Virus record (IMG/VR): IMGVR_UViG_3300045988_175328
Location: 64,001 to 128,000 of that record
DNA: 64,000 nt
DNA from: a virus
Strand: one strand, 5' to 3'
The notes beneath the pieces are model-generated. The model was not told where the DNA came from and searched no databases. It worked only from the letters and a program-made list of their open reading frames with translations. Of this stretch, positions 29,301-38,330 are shown piece by piece. Both the position numbers and the translations under genes were made by a program. Positions within the stretch are counted from its first letter, which is position 1; the number at the start of each line of letters is the position of its first letter.

Positions 29301-32300
29301 TGAACGAGAAGAGCATAATATCCTCAATTATGATTTTTACAATTCTGATGAAATGCGGCAAATGGTCTCAGTTCAAGATAAAGAGCTTAGAGCAATGAAA
29401 CGAATGTTCTCTGAATTTCAAAAGTCCAAAGGAAAAGACATTCCTATCTCTGTCAATAAAAATGATATTGACGACTATTTAATGCAAATCGATTACCTTC
29501 ATGGAATATTGCCATATTATAATGTTGGAACTGTTCGAGAACTTTTTGCCGATGGAGCATTAGAAGATATTGTAAGAGGCAACATTTTAGCTCTTCGTAG
29601 ATCTCTTTCGCATTTATCTGGAAAGGCTAATTTGTCGGCCGAACAATTGCTTTTCCGAGAAAGATATATAGTAACAGAAATATTGAATCAACATTATTTC
29701 GATATCAATGGAGAAAAAGGCTTAGTAATGGGTATTTCTAATTCTCCAGAAGATATAAAAAGGGCAGAACCAATTACTTTAATTCGAAGAATGATCGATA
29801 ATACAATGCATCATGCTTCTGGCTCTCAAGAGATAAAAGCTAAATTTAATGGTGACCAACAAAAGATAAGAGAGGCTATCGTTGATTATTTAAATCAATC
29901 TGATTGGTTTAATATAGAACAGAATGCTGGCCATAAAATATTTGAAATAGATCCTTCAGATCCAACTAAAGTAAAAATTGAAGGTAAACATCTTAGAATT
30001 ACAACAAAAACATTAGGAGAGTATAAAGCTGATGGTGGATCATTAAATGTGATTCATCATGTAACTGGTGACGATGAATTAATTAATCCTATCGCTACAA
30101 TGTTCCAAGAATTAAATGAAAAAGTTTTTGGATATAGTCTTGGCCGTGAGATAAAGAAAAAAAGATCTGGTAATGTTCATGCTGTAGTGTCCGATTCCGA
30201 GTCAATGCATGAAATGAATTATCTTCTTTCCAATATAATTGGAACGCATCAGCAAACTCAATTTTTCCCATATGCTCATTCTCATGGCTCCAAGTCTGTT
30301 ATTGGTGCGGTTAGCGGAAGCGAACAAGATTCTCTAATGGCTATGTCACTAAATGAAAAAGCATTAGAGACTATCCATAAGGCATTGCCAAATGATCAAA
30401 AAGTAAGAGAAGCTTATCTTGAAATGATCAAATTACAAAACGAAAAAAGAACAAAAATAAAAGAAGATTTACTTGCTGCGAATCAAGGCATGACAGAAGC
30501 ACAAGCTCAAAAAGAAGCCGATAAATTTGGACTTGCTTTTCATCCATTTAATTCTTTCAAAAATGCAGTCGAAGATCCAGAAGTTCGTATGAAGCTTTTT
30601 GGTCAAGAAGAAATGAAAGCTGGAACATCTGTAAGAATGATTAAATTCGGCACACAGGATATAACTAAATCTGATAATTACAAGAAATTAGATGAAGTTT
30701 CTCAAAAAATAGCACATGATCTTCATTATAAAAATAATAGATTCTCAAAAGAATGGCTTCATTTAAAACGAGATGCTATTTCTTCTATGGCCGCAATTGT
30801 TTACGAAGAAGATAAAGGCGCTCATAGTGTTGCCCAAAAAAGTGCTCCCATTACTCTTTTCAAGGAACTAATGAGGAATCCAGACAGCCCAGAAGCTATA
30901 GCTTATGCGCAGTTCTCAAGAGATTCTAGAGATATCTCTGAGAAGATAAGTCATGGACACGATGTCGATACTGGACAAAGATACCATTTAAATATAGATG
31001 GAGAACGTGTATATATTAATGTCCCAAGCTATAAAGCAAACGATGAAACTGACAATTTGTTTACTCAAATTGAAACAAATTATCGTCGATATAATGAAAG
31101 TATCGAAGAGATGCAAAATGCTACTGACTCTTATGAAAAAGCTGAATTTGCAAGGAATGCTTCGCAAAATGCAGAGATATTAAGAAACTCCATAGAGAAA
31201 CTTAATCAAAATACGAAAAACGATGCTTATAAAAAAGGGAAAATAAGACAAACCAATTTCTACGAAATGGGTATTCGTCGTTCTGGTGAAGCAGAATATC
31301 TAGCAATGGACGCATTCGATACTAAGAATAAAATTTTCTCAAGAGGAAAAGATGCAAAAGGCAACGAGATCGTTAAAACAGTTCAAGATGTTATCGATGA
31401 AGGATACACTCCAGCTATAGCAGAAGTTAGCGAACAGTTCTTTGAAGATGTTGGTATTTTAGATAAAAGAATGTCTAAAGCTGATCGAGCTGCAAAATTA
31501 GCGAAATTAGAAGAAGAAGGTACAGTAATGGCCATAAGCCGTTATCCTTATAACTATCAGAAGTCTATTAGTTTTGCTAAAGTATATTTAAACAAAGATA
31601 TGTCCGATAAACATATTCGCTCTAATCATTTCTTACAAGTAAAAATGAATGCCGATAACGATGGTGACTTATTATATGCAACTAATTTAGCCCAAGGCAA
31701 TTTAAAGAAAGCCTTTAAAGGGATGTCTGAAGATGCTTTAGCATATGCTACAGCTGCCGACAACTCTATCGGATATCTTCAAACTACTTTGTATAATGAC
31801 AAGGGCGAGCTTCTTGATAGCCTAAAAAATGATGCGTTTGAAGCGAATATCATGACTCATTATAAAAAAATGATGAAGGATATTTCGACCGACGAATTTG
31901 GCGAATTGAAATCTACAGCGCAATTGACACAGAACGCAGGTGCGCCATATCATTCAATTAAGAATTTAAATAACTTACTTGTTAGTTCTGAAATTGTAGA
32001 AGATTCATTAAATCGTTCTAAATTTGAAAACCATTTCTCTGGCCTTAACAATATTGTTTTATCTGATTCTACACAAAATCAAGATAATGTTTTAAAAATC
32101 TCTGATCGTCGATTAATGAACTTGTTTTCTATCGGCGCTGTCGAATCTGGTTTGTCGGCAAAAAACTTTAATGATCAATATGTTCCTATTCAGTTATCTG
32201 AAGGAATTCGTAATGCTATGACTAGCGGAAGTCAAATCTCTGACAGAATGACTGCGCTTTCAAATCTACTTGATCAAAAAGCGATTAATCCTAATGGCGG

Positions 32301-33186
32301 CGAAGCAAGTCAAACAAACTGGGACTTTATTTTTGATTCTTTATTTAAAAAAGAACCAGATTTAAAAGTATTAATTGATGCGACAACAGAAGCAGAACAT
32401 TCTTTAATCAAAAGTGGACAAAAGACATACGACGATTATGCTCAATATGGAGTTGATGTAACAAATATTATTGACGACGCAGAAAAAGAAGCTCATTTTA
32501 GAAAGCAGATGAATGCTGCGTATAAAGCAAAATTAAGTCAAGATTTGAAACAGTCTACTGTCGATATGTTCTCTCGTGTCGGAGATAGATTTTCACATGT
32601 TGACACAAGAGCATATGATTTATCCATACAACAGCATAATGATATTGCTGATTATATGGTTCTCGGCATTGGCCAAAACAATGGATTAGATTATAATTAT
32701 TTTAATGTTACTAATTCATCTGGCGCTATGAACCAAAATAATATCGATGTAACACGAATCACAGAAGGAATTCTATCTGGAACACAAGGCGAGATTGTCG
32801 GTAAGGATATACTTACAGAAATTGCTTCTAAGAGATCAAAAGGATTACTTGGTATGGCAATGGGCGCAGGCGCTTCTATTCTTCTTGCTGGAATGGGAAC
32901 ACAAAATCCAATTCCTCAAATTGATAATTCTGTAACAGCTCCTATGGACGATAATGTAATGGTTCGAGAAGTTCAGGCTCCAAGTTATGGCGATAATTCT
33001 GGATATTTAATTAATGTTCGTACATCTAATACAGATGGAGGAGCAACTGCGGCAGCATTAATGAATATGGGTTCATTAGCTCTTGGAGGAAATCGCCAAA
33101 ATATAACAGTTACAACAAGAGTTAATCAACAATATACAGACATGCCTATAACTGAAGCTATGAGTTACTTGTCTAATATGTTCTAA
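23323..33186 (+). CDS. giant protein (3287 aa): N-terminal DEDDh-like exonuclease motifs plus C-terminal two-barrel RNA-polymerase-like motifs (candidate virion RNAP)
   Basis: Exo I VYDIETL (nt 23647), Exo II YNGYNFDERKM (nt 24151), Exo III FHDATVDTFAYANV (nt 24469). Beta-like YAHSHGSKSVIGAVSG (nt ~30271-30318) resembles GRHGNKGV(I/V)S. Beta-prime-like ISRYPYNYQKSISFAKV...MNADNDGDLLYA (NADNDGD at nt 31648-31668) resembles NRxPTLHRxGIQAF...NADFDGD. Confidence 0.6.
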   Translation: MATSNIILRGRNNHFDPSGIFRQDYKLYLSYVKTIHNYIEENNNATGLTGRPTEFLDHKGNHVKINDVNETINIYDHRLSGTNDAKLVKSMFQNNLFERMATENTTVYDIETLVPLVGKTGELFQDSIYQYSSQNIIDGEVVAGKNYYLGLNQKQVEFLKKYYQNFDANLTKDKAALSSYKSIIRAGLYKDDLLAGKALGAIPTELLNPIGKNQIKESKEAFIKGLNALYELHNQNQKLSGEITLLDGSKKTVQGNTYILHQIFDDLLSNNLRTAYNGYNFDERKMYEIAHLNGDSALIQKAEKLMATQSQRFFDIQPAIRLFKELGLGSEFKALGIDNPYAKEGPNGSILPTARNTQLGTMVNYLPEHVRKSLGLMNADAFHDATVDTFAYANVLNYNSKRFSDMVRTLHDQIQNQENTMIPNRQVSFSSNASLDSYHLMRVNRSMYNDNMPMMIVNANEENSLHVQKLGHTFKFNTANPDKPGYFATNESLAGILRKGMNIAIGENVRSFNVDDTIKEQFYNATGHMLAEDELVMVPFKIHDTKGFYGNQYIVLPKGQMSEVLQRMGTFFGGAQLDDSGKIVQTSNVTRDGVNSMFEQIGSLKKYQTGTAQQAVENYLKDSTKYQLNNYLFQQLDKTDINRAKIMKDLARIKDDKVRKLYLQISQEMINNNIDKDQALESIARINGVTSKDPLYLKAHSFIGTLQEQQNIYFSGNRAANSGTPLFRSAAWSTHELLERTDNKLIDTFASTFLDVAAKHGYQNSKGEFFFNSDSNVIAGKLVNVLFQEMRRNNQTLKTSILSLSPDELKKFFYDKITPQNGLDLNARNTEETASKILSFATRAAKGSRGSDNIPANQIKNVLYDIAKFMKNNKIIDSNKDNLLYNMKDIVDNRLDTPELISEYIAKDLASSFERQYSKGKLPDWYNSTFVNYRGGKVTLGENTLGNFRRMASKITGDFVYNPKDSRKILKDFMMSDAIKDQLARYYDDKELGHFIANSANETITNLADTIIDNLDLANMTIHSSHGVVLEDSVGRKFNLTNSIPMVVFEEGVPYIKVGGNTYSISLATRYLESRDFEGKKTSGYISLGVEQLEPYNEIAARISKTKVNKFGSLSAVQLGLNSVTREIYENTTFNSPNNRKSNAGSYNFVAKSARSSGSMYTTTNIGFKPILKDLVPVFNDLIDNKVVSESFITDHLINSTGSTDSAEALEKLGFVPKDPNMRGASGTNYLEMIFNKDQSQYPANQRAIQEFFSKPFENPVLLSNGKQANNFGELILLNSSATGAHRYTIDANKDPIFIIEKQQVDVPYSSLAKGFYSTEARKSSFGQISFTLSASNSNKQVGPGSDVASSRYIQNHLQQMSTIMPEYIDQISDLTGLDYGSLKDQPTLRRFDDRSVEHSVNANMLISSHYEDISTLEKEISSSTDTVLEKYDLMSGKSLSFYNDAPDNLKNKIHGHLRNVAEGSASVAQELADIHHMTETSAGVQMIKLNETSINDKYIKNIMPVFFNHETGQYEALEEAKLAYFKDLNVIAKRDSRSNSDIFYDKSKGDAFGKVVFKDSNTGKLLTPKEIAEILNKSLNEKVGVVDFDDITHIFKELIHQNIYSYFNAKSVGSQTTMKLVADSTKHVASTMGMGIGTVFNGVADIFERNNFGHYVGELMDFDAMKLLLHGDIDVATKVFASEAVKNGRFVPRRFSGKRLYKVLEDVKIKNALSTNAKGFKNYVDKALPNFLIDIKDKNGNVTHQEKLVDLKANARKNMRKRMFGNENIGKDLKYLDDFVKYQKVQDYMAMEQSLTHQLRAINVLKTNINDGISFMNRNNDIYKEIGSMNLKDVKDLASKIRTDVNLQQTHPHMYEFLRKHSVQDLENLFHSFKNIEQLNAQNPLLYNILKNSPEDLDKYIGNIKGVMYGFEKATAGTPRIGNIAQTSNLVNSATDLNEMKEVGVRISKFFDRIKKAVSNPQGKNQKAGELDRFFFGELKVKDSDGKFKTFFEREEHNILNYDFYNSDEMRQMVSVQDKELRAMKRMFSEFQKSKGKDIPISVNKNDIDDYLMQIDYLHGILPYYNVGTVRELFADGALEDIVRGNILALRRSLSHLSGKANLSAEQLLFRERYIVTEILNQHYFDINGEKGLVMGISNSPEDIKRAEPITLIRRMIDNTMHHASGSQEIKAKFNGDQQKIREAIVDYLNQSDWFNIEQNAGHKIFEIDPSDPTKVKIEGKHLRITTKTLGEYKADGGSLNVIHHVTGDDELINPIATMFQELNEKVFGYSLGREIKKKRSGNVHAVVSDSESMHEMNYLLSNIIGTHQQTQFFPYAHSHGSKSVIGAVSGSEQDSLMAMSLNEKALETIHKALPNDQKVREAYLEMIKLQNEKRTKIKEDLLAANQGMTEAQAQKEADKFGLAFHPFNSFKNAVEDPEVRMKLFGQEEMKAGTSVRMIKFGTQDITKSDNYKKLDEVSQKIAHDLHYKNNRFSKEWLHLKRDAISSMAAIVYEEDKGAHSVAQKSAPITLFKELMRNPDSPEAIAYAQFSRDSRDISEKISHGHDVDTGQRYHLNIDGERVYINVPSYKANDETDNLFTQIETNYRRYNESIEEMQNATDSYEKAEFARNASQNAEILRNSIEKLNQNTKNDAYKKGKIRQTNFYEMGIRRSGEAEYLAMDAFDTKNKIFSRGKDAKGNEIVKTVQDVIDEGYTPAIAEVSEQFFEDVGILDKRMSKADRAAKLAKLEEEGTVMAISRYPYNYQKSISFAKVYLNKDMSDKHIRSNHFLQVKMNADNDGDLLYATNLAQGNLKKAFKGMSEDALAYATAADNSIGYLQTTLYNDKGELLDSLKNDAFEANIMTHYKKMMKDISTDEFGELKSTAQLTQNAGAPYHSIKNLNNLLVSSEIVEDSLNRSKFENHFSGLNNIVLSDSTQNQDNVLKISDRRLMNLFSIGAVESGLSAKNFNDQYVPIQLSEGIRNAMTSGSQISDRMTALSNLLDQKAINPNGGEASQTNWDFIFDSLFKKEPDLKVLIDATTEAEHSLIKSGQKTYDDYAQYGVDVTNIIDDAEKEAHFRKQMNAAYKAKLSQDLKQSTVDMFSRVGDRFSHVDTRAYDLSIQQHNDIADYMVLGIGQNNGLDYNYFNVTNSSGAMNQNNIDVTRITEGILSGTQGEIVGKDILTEIASKRSKGLLGMAMGAGASILLAGMGTQNPIPQIDNSVTAPMDDNVMVREVQAPSYGDNSGYLINVRTSNTDGGATAAALMNMGSLALGGNRQNITVTTRVNQQYTDMPITEAMSYLSNMF

Positions 33187-33222
33187 TACGATATAATATA
33201 AGTATATAAATTTACATTTTAA

Positions 33223-33255
33223 CCCCACCTTATACCCCATTTATACAAGGTGGGG
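33223..33255 (+). terminator. terminator-like hairpin after the 3287-aa gene (weak U-tract)
   Basis: CCCCACCTT (33223-33231) pairs with AAGGTGGGG (33247-33255). An alternative pairing is TATACCCC / GGGGTATA. It is followed by TATATT rather than a clean T-run. Confidence 0.4.
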
Positions 33256-33284
33256 TATATTATATACTTGAGCGAGGAAAATAT

Positions 33285-36200
33285 ATGGCAGAAGATAATA
33301 ACAATAATGATGCATATAGAAGGCATCATATATCTACAAGTGGGCCACAAGGGTCTGTAAAACCTGATTTAGAAAAACTTAATAATCAGCGGCATCATAT
33401 TGTAGAAAAAACTCCTTCTCTGAAAATTAAAACAGATAATCCATACAAAAGACATCATGTTCCAGAACCTCTTCCTGGAGAAATAGAGAACAATCCATTT
33501 GAAGAAGCTTTTCATAAAAGACATCACAATCTAGAAGAAGCAAGAAAAGATAATTATAATAGACGTAATCATTTAGGTGCTTATTCAGAGAGAAACGAAA
33601 TGAGCACTTCAGATAATAATGAAGTAAATAGTGAAACTTCTGCAACTGAAAAAGAGAAGAAATCTTCTGAAGACGCATTTACTAGACATCATGTAAAAAA
33701 AGATGATACTGTTTATGGTACTAACTCTTCAACCAATACTGCTTCAAATCAAAGTATTGATTCCAAAGGCGACAAAAAAGAAGATAAGAAAAAAGACAAA
33801 AAACCTTTCTGGGAAACTTATAAAAGAGTTGGTGAACGTGGAGGATGGGATGGTTCTGACGAGCAATTTAAAAAAATTGTTGACGAATCTAAAATAGGAT
33901 TGCCACAAATTGAAGATTTTTTAAAAAATCAGATTTTAGATCCAGCTATTTATGATCAAAGTTTAACAGTCGATAATCCTGATGATGCGACCTTCTACAC
34001 AGAAAACCCTCCGGAGAAAGATGGCTTTGATTCTTCTAAGTCTATTTTAACAATGACTGTGAATAAGGATGCATTCTATTATAGCGGCAGTCCTTCTACT
34101 CAAGGACTTGATGATCCAATTTTTACTGGCGCAGTCGATGGCGATACCATCAAATTTGACTTCAAAAAAACTGGTGTTAAGGATCCTCAAATTATTGAAT
34201 ATATAGATTTATCTCGCAAAAAGATGATCAGTTTTTTTGCTGACAAATTTAAAACAAGCAATGAAAAAATCGAATCAATGTTTGATAGTATCAATGAAGA
34301 TGCCATGGGTATTCGTTTCTTATTTTTTGACGCGCCTGAAGTTTTGCATATAAAATATGAAAAAGTAGAAGAATTTAAGGAAATGACATTTCAAGAAGCG
34401 TCTACATATAAGGCAATCATGTGTAAATATACATGTAAAGATCCTGGCACATTTGAAAAATGGGAACCATTAGATGCAAATGAAAAGTATTGGTTTGCCT
34501 ATAAGAATAGAAGATACTATCAAGTTTGCGATTGGTACCAAGATTATGCTCAAAAAAATAGTAATAAACAACCGTCATATTCTAATGGATCTTCTGCATA
34601 TCTTATTAAACAAAATGATACAGATATATTAAGTATTGCTGACGGATATTTAGGATCACGTCTTGTAAGTACAATGTTTCAAAAAGCAACAGCGGCTAAA
34701 TTAGTGGTTGATTTAAACTTTTCCGAAAAACAAGATACTATGTCAGGCTATCCACGAAGAGCTGATTATAGTTCATTTGATAATGAGCTAGTTCGTAATT
34801 TTATCAATGGACTATATCTTGGTATCGAAGGAAAGCAAGATACTATATTTGAAGAAGCAGGCGTCAATGCTTATGGTATGGAACATTACCGCCGCTTACT
34901 TTCTATTATTTATTTAAAAGTTGATGGCAAATGGATTAATCTTAATAAGTATGTAATTTCTAAATTAAAATATGCGTCTCTTTTAAAATATAGTGGTAGT
35001 GCAAATCCTTCTTTAAAAGCTTACTCTTATGAGCACGATACAAAAGTATGGGCAGATAGAGTTTGGAAATCTATTGAGAAATTTGACAATCGTCATGAGG
35101 TTCAACGAAAAGCATTTGGTCGTGGAGATATTTCTGAAAGTTTGAAATCTATTAGAGATTGGACTTTAACATTAGGTGATGTAACATTATTTGTTCCTCC
35201 TGTTTCTATTAAAACAGTGTCTCAATCTAATTATCCAAAATCCCCAATCTTACGATCTAAAGGTTCTGCGGTATTTAATTCATATACCGAAGATAAGATG
35301 CTTCAGATCGAATGTTTCTTTAATGAAGATAGAGGAATTAATGGTGCCCCTGTTACATTAAAAACAAATAAAAGTAACAAGGCCAAAGAAGTTACTTATC
35401 ATATTAATGGTGTTCGTTCTTTATTGTCTCAATTCCAATTTGCTCCCTATATCCCAATCGAGAATAAATATGTGAATGAAGTGCTTGGAATGGATGCTGT
35501 TATTTTTGATAGTTTCTCTATTGAGACTGTAGCTAATTATCCTAAATTGCTTCATGTTACATTATTATTGCGCGAGTTTAATCATCACGCTTTCATGCCG
35601 CAAGTTCCAAATGCAAGATTACTAAGCGATTTAGAAGTAGATTATCGAAATTTCTTCGCCAAAACAATTAATTATGATTTATTTCGTTGGTATTATCAAC
35701 AACCATTACTTCTTGGGAACAAATTAAAAGACGAGAAACTTCCAGTATATTCAAAAGAGTTTATGAAACAAACTCTATTCGCTAATAAATCTGCTTATTT
35801 CCCAGTCGATACATTAGATCCGACTATATCTATTTTTGCTCCTAATGAAAGCAAAATTAATCTTTTAGAAAAATCTAGAAATCGATATAATCGACAAAAT
35901 AAAAAGAATCCAGTACTATATACTCCATCTGATGCTGATAAGAAATTATTTGAAAAGCTAGATGGATTATGGCGAAATATTTTGTCGTATCAATATGATG
36001 AAACTTTAACAGTTGATAATTATGAAACATTTGCTCAGAAATTTACTTCATATCTTGATGGCAAAGGTTATCTTACTTTCAATGATGGCATTCAGTATAA
36101 TGATCATCCTTACTCAAATCAACTTTCTGAAAAGATGCCATTTGGACCTGTTGGCGAAAAAGGCGAACGAATTCCATTTTTGCAAATAAGAGTTCGATTG

Positions 36201-38330
36201 GATACTGAAAATTCTAGTGATGTTTATGATCTTTTAAGACAACAATTCGCAGCCAACTTTGTTGCGGCAAAATCTCCAGCCGAATCTGGTGGACGAGGAC
36301 AGTCTACTGGTACAAGTAGTCCTAACTGGTTCGTTAAATATGATTCCATCTTTGCTAACAATGAAATAGAATTACAATTTAAATTTAATGATCCTAGCAT
36401 ATTATATGCTGGAAACTATGGATATCAATTCTTAGAATATTGTGCATCTCAATATGTCGATCAAAAAAATATTGATGAAAACTATAAAGGCTTAAGTGGT
36501 AATGAAGAATTAGCTAAAAATGTTCATGACTCACAATTTGAAACATTAGATTCTTTAACATATGAAACATATTTAACAAATGTTTTAGTTCAAGGATTTA
36601 CAGCTAATTTTACAAATTCTTTTGCCGAAATTTCTCTTAACAGCATGAGCGGTGGTGTTTCTCCTCAATATATGGGCGGGCAAAATGCCAATATAACTTT
36701 TAGCATTATGACATACGACAAGGAAACTGTTGACAAACTTGATAAGATTCCTCGCATCGTAAAATACTTACGTCAGCGTTATCCTAATGCATTGCCACTA
36801 TATCCATTTAGAATTGATTCAGAATTCACAAAATTACTTGGTATATTTGAAGTGATTGTAACATCTGTAAGAACATCTACTGTGCCTAATTATCCTGGGT
36901 TAATTAAAGTTGATGTCGTTATGGAATCTGTTGACCGAACAATTCGTAATCGAGAAGTTATTAAAAAATTCTATGAAGGAACACTTAATAGAACAATAGA
37001 TGCTCCTGAAAATGTTACTGATACATTGCCTTTGTCTTATTTTGATCTTGAAGATAATTTATCAAGAGCGGAGTTATATCCTGATTTGCAATTACCGACA
37101 ATATATGAACTTGGAGAATTAGGATTTGAATTTGTTCGGTATAAAAATCCTGGAGGGCAAATTTATGTAGATCCTGATTTTTATTTCGTATATCAATATC
37201 CATTGTTCTCAGATCTTTTAAAACGATTAATTGTAATTGAATCAAAAAAAATATTTGAAGATGAAAATGGAAGTATAAAAGATGGTGCTGATCCATTCTT
37301 TGATTTCTCATTTTTAACTGCTGATCAAGTTAATACCATATCAAGTGGTGGGCAACCTATATTATCAGAGTCTACAAATTATCCTAATCGAGATGATTTC
37401 AAAGAATTAAAAGAAGCTGAAGAAACGATCCAGAATAAGATAATTCCTAATGAGAAAAAAGAACAAACATTAACTGCTAAAGTAGATGGATATAGTCATT
37501 GGAATATTTCTAAAATGATTAAAGCTTCTTTTCAAGAACCATATTATACTTGGTTGTATCATTCTAATAAAGATAAATCTGCAGGTACTGATACAGAACT
37601 TGTTACTGTTATTGATGAATATAAAAAAGCTGCACTGGAAGCCATTACTTATCTTCAAGAGAATCCGATTACAAATAATAGTGATATTGAAGATATTTTA
37701 AAATTAATAGTAACTATTACTGATCGCGATGCTAATAAAGGAACAAGTAATGGTAATGAGTCTAAAACAAAATCTATTGAAAAAATAAATACAACTACTA
37801 AATCAGATATCGAAAAAGCATCTGGAGACAATAATGATCCAGACGCTTCTGTTGATTTAACATATCGGCAATCTAAAGATGAAAATGGCGACTGGAAAAA
37901 AGGTGAAGTTAATACTGGATCAGGAACTAATTATGGAGTAAAAGACCTTAACCATCAATTTATCCGTCGCTTATTAAATGCAGTTCTTCTTGCTAATGTA
38001 AACGAAGAGTATTCTTCAGCGAAAAAAGAAGATTTTAAAAAGAAATTTCCAACGAACCAAACTGAAATTGATGACGCAATTAATGTTAAATATAAAGAAC
38101 TAGTAGAAAAATATACCGATAATGAAATTCTCTATAGAAAGCAAAACAATCTTCTATTAAAAGGGAATAATCGTACTGAATCATTATATTCTTCTTCAGG
38201 AGTGAGCTTGCTCCCTGATGATATTCAAGAACAAATCAATAAAGAAGCTTATGCTGCTGCATATGGTGAAATATATAAAAAATGGAAGCCTACAACATAT
38301 GGAGATTCTGGCGTAACATATTATAGTTAT
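33285..38330 (+). CDS. giant tail protein, predicted exon 1 (1682 codons): RHH repeat region plus a staphylococcal-nuclease (SNase) domain
   Basis: ATG after GAGGAAA. SNase motifs AVDGDTIKF (nt 34133-34156), GIRFLFFDAPEV and GMEHYRRLLSIIYLKVDGKWINLNKYV. The TAA at 38331-38333 is predicted to be intronic (see the intron at 38331). Confidence 0.65.
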
